A DNA stretch of 44,848 nucleotides, from positions 1 to 44,848 of the forward strand of contig CAWJRI010000006.1 in the NCBI GenBank assembly GCA_963845175.1, in the 5' to 3' direction. Positions 9,107-17,777 of the stretch are shown one piece after another. Within the stretch, counting starts at the first letter, position 1. Each line of letters starts with the position of its first letter. A model generated the notes under the pieces. That model was not told the origin of the DNA and did not search any database. It saw nothing but the letters and a program-made list of their open reading frames with translations. The translations under genes were made by a program, and so were the position numbers. Origin of the DNA: an uncultured archaeon. GTDB lineage: Archaea > Nanobdellota > Nanobdellia > Woesearchaeales > CAIVOO01.

Positions 9107-9885
9107 GCTAACCTCAAAGGAGCCAGCTTCACAGCGTAGCTGAATTCATAAGGATTGTTCCTTACTGTCACAACATCATCTGTTAATTTAATGTATTCCA
9201 TGTCGTCGTAATACTTATTTTCAAACCTTAAATTATTTGTAACTGATTGTAATGTCAGACAGCTTAAACAAAGCATGTCAGGAGTTTTACTCTGGTCGTT
9301 CATCAGTATTCCGACTGCGTCAAGAATCTTGCCAAGCCTTACATTGACACTTGTCTCATAGTCGGGCACAACAGCTGTTGCTGTCCCTCTTTTCATTGTC
9401 ACTGGATAGTTCAGTTTCAAAGATACCTGGTCAGAGCTAATTGTAATATTTGGAGAGATTTTCCCGGCTGTTATCTCGTATCCCTGCGCCTTGAAGTTCG
9501 TGAAGTTCTGGAGGCAGCTGTCCAGGTTAAAGTATATATAGTTGCCTATCTCGCTTTCTACAACATTCTTCTGCGGCATTATTGTCTTGTTAATGTAATA
9601 CCAGTAATAAACATCAGTGCCGTTGTATGTCATCGAAGGCAGCGGGACAGGATCCATAAATCCGCCTGTCTTGCCCACTTGAATTATTGCATCCTCGCCA
9701 GTTGATTTAAGGCAGAGCTCAACATAACTCTTCAATTGCGCTGTTTCAATTGTTCCGGTTGTAGTTGCCGGCTCAATTGTTTTTTTCACAAGAAAGCTTC
9801 TGGCGTAAAGTGCTGCGCCTATAACAAACAAAATGATTATTCCAATTATTAAAAAAGTCGTTATCTGCGCTCTTTTTGAAAGCAT
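9103..9885 (-). CDS. class III (type IV pilin-like) signal-peptide protein (module 2, gene A)
   Basis: N-terminus MLSKRAQITTFLIIGIIILF. Aligns by eye with 4105..5373 over YV..C, GGF, YYWY..K.IMPQK, NLDSCLQNFTNFKAQGY, LNYPV and QSKTPD. Confidence 0.6.
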   Translation of the reverse strand: MLSKRAQITTFLIIGIIILFVIGAALYARSFLVKKTIEPATTTGTIETAQLKSYVELCLKSTGEDAIIQVGKTGGFMDPVPLPSMTYNGTDVYYWYYINKTIMPQKNVVESEIGNYIYFNLDSCLQNFTNFKAQGYEITAGKISPNITISSDQVSLKLNYPVTMKRGTATAVVPDYETSVNVRLGKILDAVGILMNDQSKTPDMLCLSCLTLQSVTNNLRFENKYYDDMEYIKLTDDVVTVRNNPYEFSYAVKLAPLRLA

Positions 9886-9927
9886 TTATATATTGTTTAT
9901 TATTTTATTTATATACTTTACTCAAAA

Positions 9928-10707
9928 ATGCAGGCAAAAGAAAAAATCAAGCAACTTACAAAGAAAAAATTTGTCTATTTCCTGAGCAGAGGAGATGAAG
10001 CAATAAAGGAAGCGCTAAAATATGCTAAATCAAAAGGGAAGGATACATTGGTTCTTGCTGACCAGGGCGGATGGATGAGCTACAAGAAGTTCGGCAAACG
10101 ACTCGGCTTCAGCATGATTGAAATGGAGACTGATTTCGGAATTGTTGAGCTGGACTTGCTCGGCTTTGCGCTTTCGCAGAACAAAAACACTGTTCTGCTG
10201 CTGAATTCATTTGCAGGTTACCATGCTGAACAGCCGGTTGATGACATTATTACTCTGTGCAAGAAATACAACTGCCTGTTCGTCAACGACGCATCTGGAA
10301 CAATCGGGACAGATTTGTGCAGGGGAGATATAATAGTTGCATCTTTGGGTGAATGGAAGGCAGTTGACCTGGGAGAAGGAGGGATTCTTGCAATTGATGA
10401 AGAAATAAAGAAGGATGATGCGAAGCTGGATGAAGAAAAACTACTGGAAAAGTTAAACAATCTTCCAAAACGATTTAAATTCTTGTTTGACAGATGCGAG
10501 AAAATAAAGGAGGATTTGAAGGGCTTCGACGTCATTCATCCAGACAAAAGAGGAATTGTTGTCATTGTCCGTTTCAGGAACGAGGAAGAAAAGAACAAGC
10601 TGCTGAAATACTGCGAAGAGAACAAGCTGGAGCACACGCTCTGCCCAAGAGAAATAAGGGTGAAGGCAAATGCTGTTTCTATTGAAGTGAAAAGGTTAAA
10701 TTTATAA
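9928..10707 (+). CDS. PLP-dependent-transferase-fold protein (aminotransferase/DegT-like), tentative
   Basis: 259 aa. The pattern LLNSFAGYHAEQP...LCKKYNCLFVNDASGTIG...IVASLGEWKAVDLGEGG resembles the small-domain/active-site-lysine layout of fold-type I enzymes. No specific family recognised. Confidence 0.4.
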   Translation: MQAKEKIKQLTKKKFVYFLSRGDEAIKEALKYAKSKGKDTLVLADQGGWMSYKKFGKRLGFSMIEMETDFGIVELDLLGFALSQNKNTVLLLNSFAGYHAEQPVDDIITLCKKYNCLFVNDASGTIGTDLCRGDIIVASLGEWKAVDLGEGGILAIDEEIKKDDAKLDEEKLLEKLNNLPKRFKFLFDRCEKIKEDLKGFDVIHPDKRGIVVIVRFRNEEEKNKLLKYCEENKLEHTLCPREIRVKANAVSIEVKRLNL

Positions 10708-10731
10708 AAACAAACTTCAGCCATACAAAAA

Positions 10732-11151
10732 ATGCCATCTAAAAAGCCAGAAACAGATGAGGACATTGACAAATTAGTCTACTTCACAAAGAGAAATATT
10801 GGCAATGGAAAGGCGTTTGCATGGGTTTACAGGCTGCCCTGTCCAAAATGCAAGAAAGCCTTGATGGGCAAGCCAAGAGAAGGCGGAAAGGTAAAGATAA
10901 GGTCGAAAGAGTATGTCTGCCCTGAATGCAACTACACAGTTGAAAAGGAAGAATATGAAGGCACATTAACTGCAGCCATCGAATACACCTGCCCGCAGTG
11001 CGGACACTCAGGATTCATAGAAGTTCCATACCACAAGAAAAAGGTGAAGGTTTTAGACGAGGAAACAGGAAAAACATCTTCTGCTGACGCGATTGTCTTC
11101 AGCTGCCAGAAATGCAGCGCAAAGATAAACATAACAAAAAAAATGAAATAG
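10732..11151 (+). CDS. zinc-ribbon protein with four CxxC pairs
   Basis: Four pairs (CPKCKK, CPECNY, CPQCGH, CQKCSA) are spaced so they could form two zinc ribbons. 139 aa. Confidence 0.55.
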   Translation: MPSKKPETDEDIDKLVYFTKRNIGNGKAFAWVYRLPCPKCKKALMGKPREGGKVKIRSKEYVCPECNYTVEKEEYEGTLTAAIEYTCPQCGHSGFIEVPYHKKKVKVLDEETGKTSSADAIVFSCQKCSAKINITKKMK

Positions 11152-11159
11152 GTGATTTT

Positions 11160-11591
11160 ATGCCAGTGAAAAAAGGAGATAAAGTGAAGATTGAATATGA
11201 AGGGACATTTGACGACGGCACTGTTTTTGACAGCTCTGATAAGCACGGCCAGCCACTGGAATTTGAAATTGGCAAAGGCCAGGTAATCCCTGGATTTGAA
11301 AATGCAATCATTGGCATGGAGAAGGGCAAGGAAAAGAAGATAAAAATAAAGCCGGCAGATGCCTACGGCGAATACAGGGAAGAGATGAAAAAAGACATTC
11401 CAAAGTCGGTTTTTCCAGAAGAGATGGAGCTGAAGCCGGGAAAGGTTGTCGGTCTTCAGACGCCTGACGGGATGAGAATAGGCGCAGTCATAAAAGAAGT
11501 CAATGAAGACAAGGTTATTGTGGATCTGAACCACCCAATGGCAGGAAAAACGCTGAACTTCAAAATAAAGGTCCTGGAGATAGCTTCCTAA
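11160..11591 (+). CDS. FKBP-type peptidyl-prolyl cis-trans isomerase (short SlyD-like archaeal type)
   Basis: Carries MPVKKGDKVKIEYEGTFDDGTVFDSS, GQVIPGFENAIIGMEKG, ADAYGE and NHPMAGKTLNFKIKVLEI. The start was moved to ATG 11160, because the upstream part of the track ORF overlaps the previous gene. Confidence 0.85.
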   Translation: MPVKKGDKVKIEYEGTFDDGTVFDSSDKHGQPLEFEIGKGQVIPGFENAIIGMEKGKEKKIKIKPADAYGEYREEMKKDIPKSVFPEEMELKPGKVVGLQTPDGMRIGAVIKEVNEDKVIVDLNHPMAGKTLNFKIKVLEIAS

Positions 11592-11663
11592 GCAATAAAC
11601 CATAAATCCACAATATTTAAATACTAGTTATTTTAAAAATAGCATTAAAAGGGGGTTTTAACC

Positions 11664-12731
11664 ATGTCTAAGAAGAAAACATTAACAATAAAAAAAAGAA
11701 CTCTTTACATCGTTGCTGCAATTGCAGTAATAATAATTGCTATTCTTGTATGTTTGGCAGTTAAAAAGCCATCAACAGGTGCAACAGGAACTGTTGAAGT
11801 CGGGCTGACTGTCCTGAATGACAAGGACTGCAAATCATGCGACACAACGCAGATTGTGCAGGCCTCGCAGCAGCTATTTCCTGGCGTCAAAATAACAAAT
11901 GTTGACATTTCTTCAAGTGAAGGAAAGGCGCTGATAAAAGAATTCAATGTTACTTATGTTCCAGCATACATATTCGACTCAAAGATAACCCAGACAGATT
12001 CATGGAAAAATCCGCAAATGCCTGCATCTTTCCAGAATGTTGGCGATAAATACAAGCTTCTGGATGAAGTGACAGGCGCAACTCATTTTGTTGACAAGCA
12101 AAAGCAGCAGGAATTCATAAAATCAATCGGAATCGTAACAGGCGACAACAGGCCACAGATAGATTACTTTGTAATGGCCTTCTGCCCTTACGGAAACGTT
12201 GAAGAAGAGGCAATCGAGCCTGTCTACCAGCTTTTGAAAGGCAAGGCAGACTTCATACCGCACTATGTCATTTACGAGAATTATGGAAACGAATGCCTTG
12301 AAAACGGCGCCTACTGCTCAATGCACGGCGGACAGGAGCTAAACCAAGACATGAGAGAGTTGTGCGTTTACAAGAAGCTCGGAATTGACAAGTATTTCCA
12401 GTTTGTTCTTGCAGTAAACAAAAAATGCACCGCAAGCAACGCAGACTCATGCTGGGAGGATGTTGCAAAAGGAGTTGGAATCGATACCCAGATGGTAAAG
12501 GACTGCCAGCAGAATGAAGGAATTTCGCTTCTTGCGGCTGAAAAAGCACTTGACAAGAAACTTGGTGTCCAGGGCTCTCCGACTGTTTTCGTTGACGGCG
12601 AGCAGACAACGGCAAGGACATCTGATGCAGTCAAGAGCGCAATGTGCGCTGCATTTGATACTGCGCCAAACGAGTGTGGAAACACCACGCTTTCCACAAC
12701 AGCGCAGGCAGCCAGCGGAAACTGCGGATAA
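11664..12731 (+). CDS. membrane-anchored two-domain thioredoxin-fold (DsbA-like) protein
   Basis: N-terminal TM helix (LYIVAAIAVIIIAILVCLAV). The first Trx-like unit has CKSC and a cis-Pro-like VPAYIF. The second unit has FCPYG in place of CxxC, plus a C-terminal GSPTVFVDG. Confidence 0.55.
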   Translation: MSKKKTLTIKKRTLYIVAAIAVIIIAILVCLAVKKPSTGATGTVEVGLTVLNDKDCKSCDTTQIVQASQQLFPGVKITNVDISSSEGKALIKEFNVTYVPAYIFDSKITQTDSWKNPQMPASFQNVGDKYKLLDEVTGATHFVDKQKQQEFIKSIGIVTGDNRPQIDYFVMAFCPYGNVEEEAIEPVYQLLKGKADFIPHYVIYENYGNECLENGAYCSMHGGQELNQDMRELCVYKKLGIDKYFQFVLAVNKKCTASNADSCWEDVAKGVGIDTQMVKDCQQNEGISLLAAEKALDKKLGVQGSPTVFVDGEQTTARTSDAVKSAMCAAFDTAPNECGNTTLSTTAQAASGNCG

Positions 12732-12768
12732 TCCATAAACTTTTAAAATATTTTTATTTTTTATTTTT

Positions 12769-13365
12769 ATGCCAAACGCAAAAGAGGAAAAGTCAAACCT
12801 AAGATGGTTTATGACTTTTGTTATTTTTCTTTTGATTATTCTCAGCTTTGTAAATTATTACCAGAAGAATTTTGAATTCCTGGCTTATAATGTAGTAATA
12901 CTGCTGCTGGTGCTCTTTATCTATTTCTATCGGCAGGGGATAAAGCTTCCAAATATGATAATCATGGGTCTTCTGGTTATGATACTCCTGTACTTTATGG
13001 GAAGTGAGGTTCATATTAATGGAATTGTTTTGTGGGACTATAAATTCGGCATAATGGAATATGACAATTTCGTGCACGCATTTGACTCGTTTGTGCTTGT
13101 TTTTCTTTCATACAACCTTCTAAGCAGCCACATACATAATTCAATAAAAATGAAATCAGTTAACATTGCGGTGCTACTTGTTCTAGTGACACTCGGCCTT
13201 GGCTCAATCTGGGAAACCATTGAATTTGGCGCTGTAACATTCATAAAAAGCACAACAGTGGGTGATTATGTAAACAACGCGCTCGACCTTGTCTTCAATT
13301 TAATTGGAGCTATTATCGGCGCAATTAGCCTGGTCATTTACAGAAAGAGGAAAGGGGAGTTTTAA
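12769..13365 (+). CDS. multi-pass integral membrane protein, function unknown
   Basis: 198 aa with about 5-6 hydrophobic segments. No motif recognised with confidence. Confidence 0.5.
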   Translation: MPNAKEEKSNLRWFMTFVIFLLIILSFVNYYQKNFEFLAYNVVILLLVLFIYFYRQGIKLPNMIIMGLLVMILLYFMGSEVHINGIVLWDYKFGIMEYDNFVHAFDSFVLVFLSYNLLSSHIHNSIKMKSVNIAVLLVLVTLGLGSIWETIEFGAVTFIKSTTVGDYVNNALDLVFNLIGAIIGAISLVIYRKRKGEF

Positions 13366-13382
13366 TTTCAATATTCCCATTA

Positions 13383-13397
13383 ACAAGATATATAAAT
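13383..13397 (+). promoter_or_regulatory. BRE/TATA-like promoter element ACAAGATATATAAAT
   Basis: Lies about 22 nt upstream of ATG 13419, consistent with a leaderless or near-leaderless transcript. Confidence 0.45.
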
Positions 13398-13418
13398 CTC
13401 TGTTTCTTCTGAAATTGC

Positions 13419-15104
13419 ATGATTCTTAAATCAATCAAGCTGAGCAACATAAGAAGCTATCTTAGCCAGGAAATCAAGTTTCCAGAGGGCTCGCTTCTTC
13501 TTTCAGGAGACATAGGCTCTGGCAAGTCAACAATACTCCAGGCTATTGAGTTCGCGCTTTTCGGCATTCTCAAAACGGACCTATCGGGAACGTCCCTTCT
13601 TAGAAGAGGAAAAAACTCCGGCAGCGTTGAATTGAATTTTGAAATTGATGGAAAAAACATAATAATAAAGCGTGTGTTGAAGGCTTTGAAGGATTCTGTA
13701 AAGCAGGATGCCGGCTACATAGTGATAAATGACATGAAATATGATTTGACGCCGACAGAGCTCAAGACAAAAATCCTTGAACAGCTCGGCTATCCAGATG
13801 AATTAGTCACAAAATCAAAATCATTGATTTACAGGTACACAGTTTACACGCCCCAGGAGGAAATGAAGCACATTCTTTTCGAGGACAAAGGCGCAAGACT
13901 TGACACACTGAGGCGCGTTCTGGGGATTGACAAGTACAAAAGAATAGCTGAAAACGCCGGAATTCTCATCAAAAATCTCAAAGAGCAGAAAAAGGAGCTG
14001 GGCGGAAAAATCTTTGATCTGGAGGACAAGCTGAAGCAGAAAGGGAAGCTTGAGGCTGAGATAAAAGAGCTAAAGAAGAAAATCGATGCAATAATGCCGA
14101 AGTACAGCGAATTCAGGAAAGATATAGACTCAAAAAAAGCTGTCCTGCAGGAGTTCGAGGACAAAATAGTCAAATTAAACAACCTGAAAAGGGAACTTGA
14201 GGTAAATGACACAAAGATTGACGCTGTTGCAAGGAGAAAAGAGGCAAATGTGAAGGAAACCGGCGGGCTTCAGAAGCAGATTAAGGAAATTAACGAAAAA
14301 GTAAGCGGAATAAAGATAAAAAAATTTGATAATAATGAAGAGGAGATTGAAAAACAGCTCAGGGGGCTTGAAACTGACTTTTTAACTGCATCAAAAAGGG
14401 TTTCGGAACTTGTCGAAAAACATTCCTCAGGCAAAAAAAGAATCGAGGAGCTGAAAAAAGAGGTAGACTTGTGGCTTGAAAAATCAAAATTATTGATTGA
14501 AAAGGAAAGCCTGCTGAAATTGCTGAGGCAGGACATGATTGGAAAAAAAGAAATTGAAAAAAAACTTGATGAGTCAGAAAATGAATTTCTGAAGCTTACA
14601 AAAATGCTGGGTGAATACGGTGCGCTGAAAAAACACTCTTCTGAAACAAAGGAAAAAATAAAAGGCATGAACAGCTGCCCGACATGCTTCCAGCCTGTAA
14701 ATGAAAATCACAAGTGCAAGATTGATCTTGAAGAAAGCAGGAAAATAGAGTCATATAACAAGCAAATGGATGAGCTGGGAAAGAGGAAAGATAATTTTTT
14801 AGGCGAGCTTGAAAGGCTGAAAAAAACGCTGAAGGAATTTGAAGAAAAGGAGAAAAAAATTGAAAGGCTGCAGGCGGAAACAGACAGCCTGAAATTGATG
14901 AACGAGGCGCTTGGAGAAAAACAAACGCTGCTCTCAAAGCTTCTTCTGGAAATTCCTGCAATTGAGAGGGAAATAGGCGCAAAAAACATTGAGGACGAGA
15001 AGAAAAAACTTGAGGAAAAAAAGCTCCTGCTGAAGGCGATTCAGGCGCAGAAAACGCTTGTTAAGGAAAAGAGATGCTTTCAGCGCTCTGCCAGGAAAAG
15101 ATGA
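13419..15104 (+). CDS. rad50: Rad50-type SMC ATPase, N-terminal fragment (Walker A, coiled coil, zinc hook)
   Basis: Starts MILKSIKLSNIRSY with Walker A GDIGSGKST. A long K/E-rich coiled coil follows, with the CxxC hook MNSCPTCFQPV. The frame ends inside the second coiled-coil arm. Confidence 0.8.
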   Translation: MILKSIKLSNIRSYLSQEIKFPEGSLLLSGDIGSGKSTILQAIEFALFGILKTDLSGTSLLRRGKNSGSVELNFEIDGKNIIIKRVLKALKDSVKQDAGYIVINDMKYDLTPTELKTKILEQLGYPDELVTKSKSLIYRYTVYTPQEEMKHILFEDKGARLDTLRRVLGIDKYKRIAENAGILIKNLKEQKKELGGKIFDLEDKLKQKGKLEAEIKELKKKIDAIMPKYSEFRKDIDSKKAVLQEFEDKIVKLNNLKRELEVNDTKIDAVARRKEANVKETGGLQKQIKEINEKVSGIKIKKFDNNEEEIEKQLRGLETDFLTASKRVSELVEKHSSGKKRIEELKKEVDLWLEKSKLLIEKESLLKLLRQDMIGKKEIEKKLDESENEFLKLTKMLGEYGALKKHSSETKEKIKGMNSCPTCFQPVNENHKCKIDLEESRKIESYNKQMDELGKRKDNFLGELERLKKTLKEFEEKEKKIERLQAETDSLKLMNEALGEKQTLLSKLLLEIPAIEREIGAKNIEDEKKKLEEKKLLLKAIQAQKTLVKEKRCFQRSARKR

Positions 15105-15883
15105 ACAGGGCAGATGCGCTTACAAAGGAGGAAAATGAAATAAAACAGCTGATGGATGAGCTGAAGCAGAAGAGAATAAAAACAGAAAATGAGATAGAAA
15201 GCTTCAAAGACATAGAGAAAAAATTCATTGAGGCAAGAAAAGAGCTGGAAGACACCCTTGAAAAATCGAAAAGCACAGAAATAAAAAAAGCAGAGCTTGA
15301 CAAGGAAAAAGAGGGGCTTGACAAAATTTTAATGACTCTTGGCACTGAAATAAAAATAAAGAACGAGGCAAAAGACTTAATTGTCGGGCTGTCTGAAAAG
15401 CAGTACTGGCTTGAGGAGTTCTTTGTCAAACTGATGTTTGAAATGGAAAAGCACGTGATGAACTCTGTCAGAATTGAGTTTAACGAGCTGTTCCAAAGAT
15501 GGTGCGCGCTTCTCCTGGAAGATGAGGCAATCTCAATAAAGCTTGATGAGGAATTCGCGCCAGTTGTTGAGCAGAACGGCTACCAGACAGAGCTGTGGGA
15601 CATGTCTGGCGGTGAAAAGACATCCTGCGCGCTGGCCTACAGGCTTGCATTGAACCGTGTGATAAACAACATGATGTCAACAATCAAGACGAGGGACATA
15701 ATCATCCTTGACGAGCCGACTGACGGATTCTCAACAGAGCAATTGGATAAAGTAAGGGATGTCCTTGAACAGCTGAATGCGAGGCAGGTAATAATCGTTT
15801 CCCACGAGGCAAAGCTCGAATCATTTGTGCAGAATATAATGAAGATAGAGAAAGAAGGGCATGTCAGCAGGGTTTTAAGCTAA
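15074..15883 (+). CDS. rad50: Rad50-type SMC ATPase, C-terminal fragment (signature motif, Walker B)
   Basis: Coiled coil, then signature MSGGEKTSCALAYRLAL, Walker B/D-loop IIILDEPTDGFS and the H-loop region VIIVSHE. It continues the previous ORF in another frame. Confidence 0.8.
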   Translation: MLSALCQEKMNRADALTKEENEIKQLMDELKQKRIKTENEIESFKDIEKKFIEARKELEDTLEKSKSTEIKKAELDKEKEGLDKILMTLGTEIKIKNEAKDLIVGLSEKQYWLEEFFVKLMFEMEKHVMNSVRIEFNELFQRWCALLLEDEAISIKLDEEFAPVVEQNGYQTELWDMSGGEKTSCALAYRLALNRVINNMMSTIKTRDIIILDEPTDGFSTEQLDKVRDVLEQLNARQVIIVSHEAKLESFVQNIMKIEKEGHVSRVLS

Positions 15884-15959
15884 ATATATCATATATTATG
15901 ATACAAACCTTTATATATTAGTAATTAGTATAATATAGGAACCATTGAGGTGCTTTGGG

Positions 15960-17354
15960 ATGAAAAGATTGCTCCTGTTTATCGCTGTTCTTCTTGCTTC
16001 TGTTTCAATAGCATATGCGACTGAGCTTTCAATTTCAACTGTCAATGACCAGATTTCGCCATATGATTCTGCAAAATTCATGCTTAAGGTCTCAAATAAC
16101 CAGACAAAAAGCGACACTTTCTTTATTTCCACAAATGACATGTGGTGGGCACTAAGCACAGATCCGCTGAAAGACTATACCATGGGGATTGATGTGCCTT
16201 CAAGAGGAACTGCGTCAACAACGCTTTTGCTTAAGCCAAGGGAAAGCATTGGATTTGGGGTTCACGATGTTGAGATTATTCTGACATCAAAGAACACAAA
16301 CCAAATGATAAATGATGTCGTTTCTGTAAATGTGAGAGAGGATATGATAAATTATCCGACAAACATTGAAATGGAAATTGTTATGCCTGATAAGCTGGAT
16401 CCTAGAAAGACTTCACCGATAAAGGTGCAGTTAAAAAATGATAACAGGAAGAACATAGAAAACCTGACGCTCAGGCTGAAAAGCGCATTTCTTGAAAAAA
16501 CAGCCGTTGTGGAGTTGGAGCCTGAACAGAGCAAGAGCATTGATTTCTCAATTGACATAAATAAAAGCGTAGAGCCGCAGAATGACACGCTTGACGTTGA
16601 GCTGGTTTACAATGGACAGACGATAAAAAAAGCATCAAAGGAATATGAGATTTCGTCCTATGGCATATTCAAGACAAGCAGCACAACAGAAAAGAAATTT
16701 CTCGGCAGCTTAACAGCATACACATTTGTTAATGATGGAAATTCAAAATACACAGACAACATCCTGATAGACACAGGATTCTTCCAGAGATTGTTCACTT
16801 CAACAAATCCGGATACAGAAAGCACTTCAGCAAACGGCAAATACTACCTGACACGAGAAGTTACGCTTGGGCCAAATGAATCTTTGATTATAAATGTAAG
16901 AATAGATTACAAGCCAATACTTTATCTGATTATTTTAATTCTTGCGCTCATTGTATTTTATTTTGTCTTCAGATCTCCAATTATTATCGCAAAAGAGGCA
17001 TCTGACATAACAATAGATGAAGGCGGAATAAATTCGCTCAGGGTAATAATAAAATTGAAGAACAGAAGCAATAATGTTGTCAGGAACATAAGGGTTGTTG
17101 ACAAGATGCCGAAGATTGCTGTGTTCGAAAGGCGGGAATCTGACACGCTGCAGCCCTCAAAACTCTATCCCTACTCTGACGGCACTGTCATAAACTGGGC
17201 AATACCAAAGCTTGATCCAGGCGAAATAAGGATAATAACCTACAGGCTGAAGACGAAGCTTGGCGTTGTAGGCGAGCTCAGATTAAAGCCAGTTATTGTG
17301 CAGTACGGCAACAGAAAGACATATTCAAATGCAGTGGATGCTATCAGCCCCTGA
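15960..17354 (+). CDS. surface protein with signal peptide, beta-sandwich (CARDB/NEW3-like) segments and an internal TM helix
   Basis: Signal MKRLLLFIAVLLASVSIAYA. The ATG at 15960 is preceded by GAGGTG, whereas the track ORF starts at TTG 15945. There are repeated 'V.LKN.....I.NLTL' style segments and a TM helix ILYLIILILALIVFYFVF. Confidence 0.5.
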   Translation: MKRLLLFIAVLLASVSIAYATELSISTVNDQISPYDSAKFMLKVSNNQTKSDTFFISTNDMWWALSTDPLKDYTMGIDVPSRGTASTTLLLKPRESIGFGVHDVEIILTSKNTNQMINDVVSVNVREDMINYPTNIEMEIVMPDKLDPRKTSPIKVQLKNDNRKNIENLTLRLKSAFLEKTAVVELEPEQSKSIDFSIDINKSVEPQNDTLDVELVYNGQTIKKASKEYEISSYGIFKTSSTTEKKFLGSLTAYTFVNDGNSKYTDNILIDTGFFQRLFTSTNPDTESTSANGKYYLTREVTLGPNESLIINVRIDYKPILYLIILILALIVFYFVFRSPIIIAKEASDITIDEGGINSLRVIIKLKNRSNNVVRNIRVVDKMPKIAVFERRESDTLQPSKLYPYSDGTVINWAIPKLDPGEIRIITYRLKTKLGVVGELRLKPVIVQYGNRKTYSNAVDAISP

Positions 17355-17730
17355 ATGCCAAAGGCCACTTTTCAGTAATTTTTGCAACTCCTTCTTTTAA
17401 TGCATTCTCATAAATAGGATTTTTGTTGTACTTCAAAAAGTCCAGAATCGCCGCAAACACACCCATCTCTTTTCCGTTAAAAGTCAGAATTGGTTTATCC
17501 AATCTGTAAACTGTTCCATCTGTGTAATTACAATGGTCAATTATGTTAGGCCTCATGTTATAATTAATAATTGCGCAGACGAGTTTTATTTTGTCGCCCA
17601 TCAGCAGCCGAACTTTAAATGGAAGCTTCAGGTGCGCTTCTTTGTTCACCCCTGCGTCCAAGACCAGCAAAGTGTACTTGTCATTTAAGGGTCTGCATTC
17701 TTTTACAAGACTTTCAAGTTCGTCCACCAT
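17344..17730 (-). CDS. hypothetical protein
   Basis: 128-aa ORF with a BRE/TATA about 22 nt upstream of its ATG. No family recognised. Confidence 0.45.
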   Translation of the reverse strand: MVDELESLVKECRPLNDKYTLLVLDAGVNKEAHLKLPFKVRLLMGDKIKLVCAIINYNMRPNIIDHCNYTDGTVYRLDKPILTFNGKEMGVFAAILDFLKYNKNPIYENALKEGVAKITEKWPLAFRG

Positions 17731-17751
17731 TTTATGTTTAAGTAGTCAGAA

Positions 17752-17769
17752 AAATATTTAAGCCTTTAG
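17752..17769 (-). promoter_or_regulatory. BRE/TATA-like promoter element CTAAAGGCTTAAATATTT
   Basis: On the minus strand, about 22 nt upstream of ATG 17730. Confidence 0.45.
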
Positions 17770-17777
17770 AAGGGTTT

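Noticed and set aside
10932-11603. 223-aa minus-strand ORF spanning the zinc-ribbon and FKBP genes
   Set aside because: It is antisense to two ORFs with clear domain signatures. Its translation is Phe/Cys/His-rich and low-complexity, with no motif, promoter or RBS. It is a shadow ORF.
13844-15429. Four minus-strand 93-132-aa Ser/Phe-rich ORFs
   Set aside because: They are the reverse complement of the GAA/AAG-rich Rad50 coiled coil (CTT/TTC codons). This is a compositional artefact.
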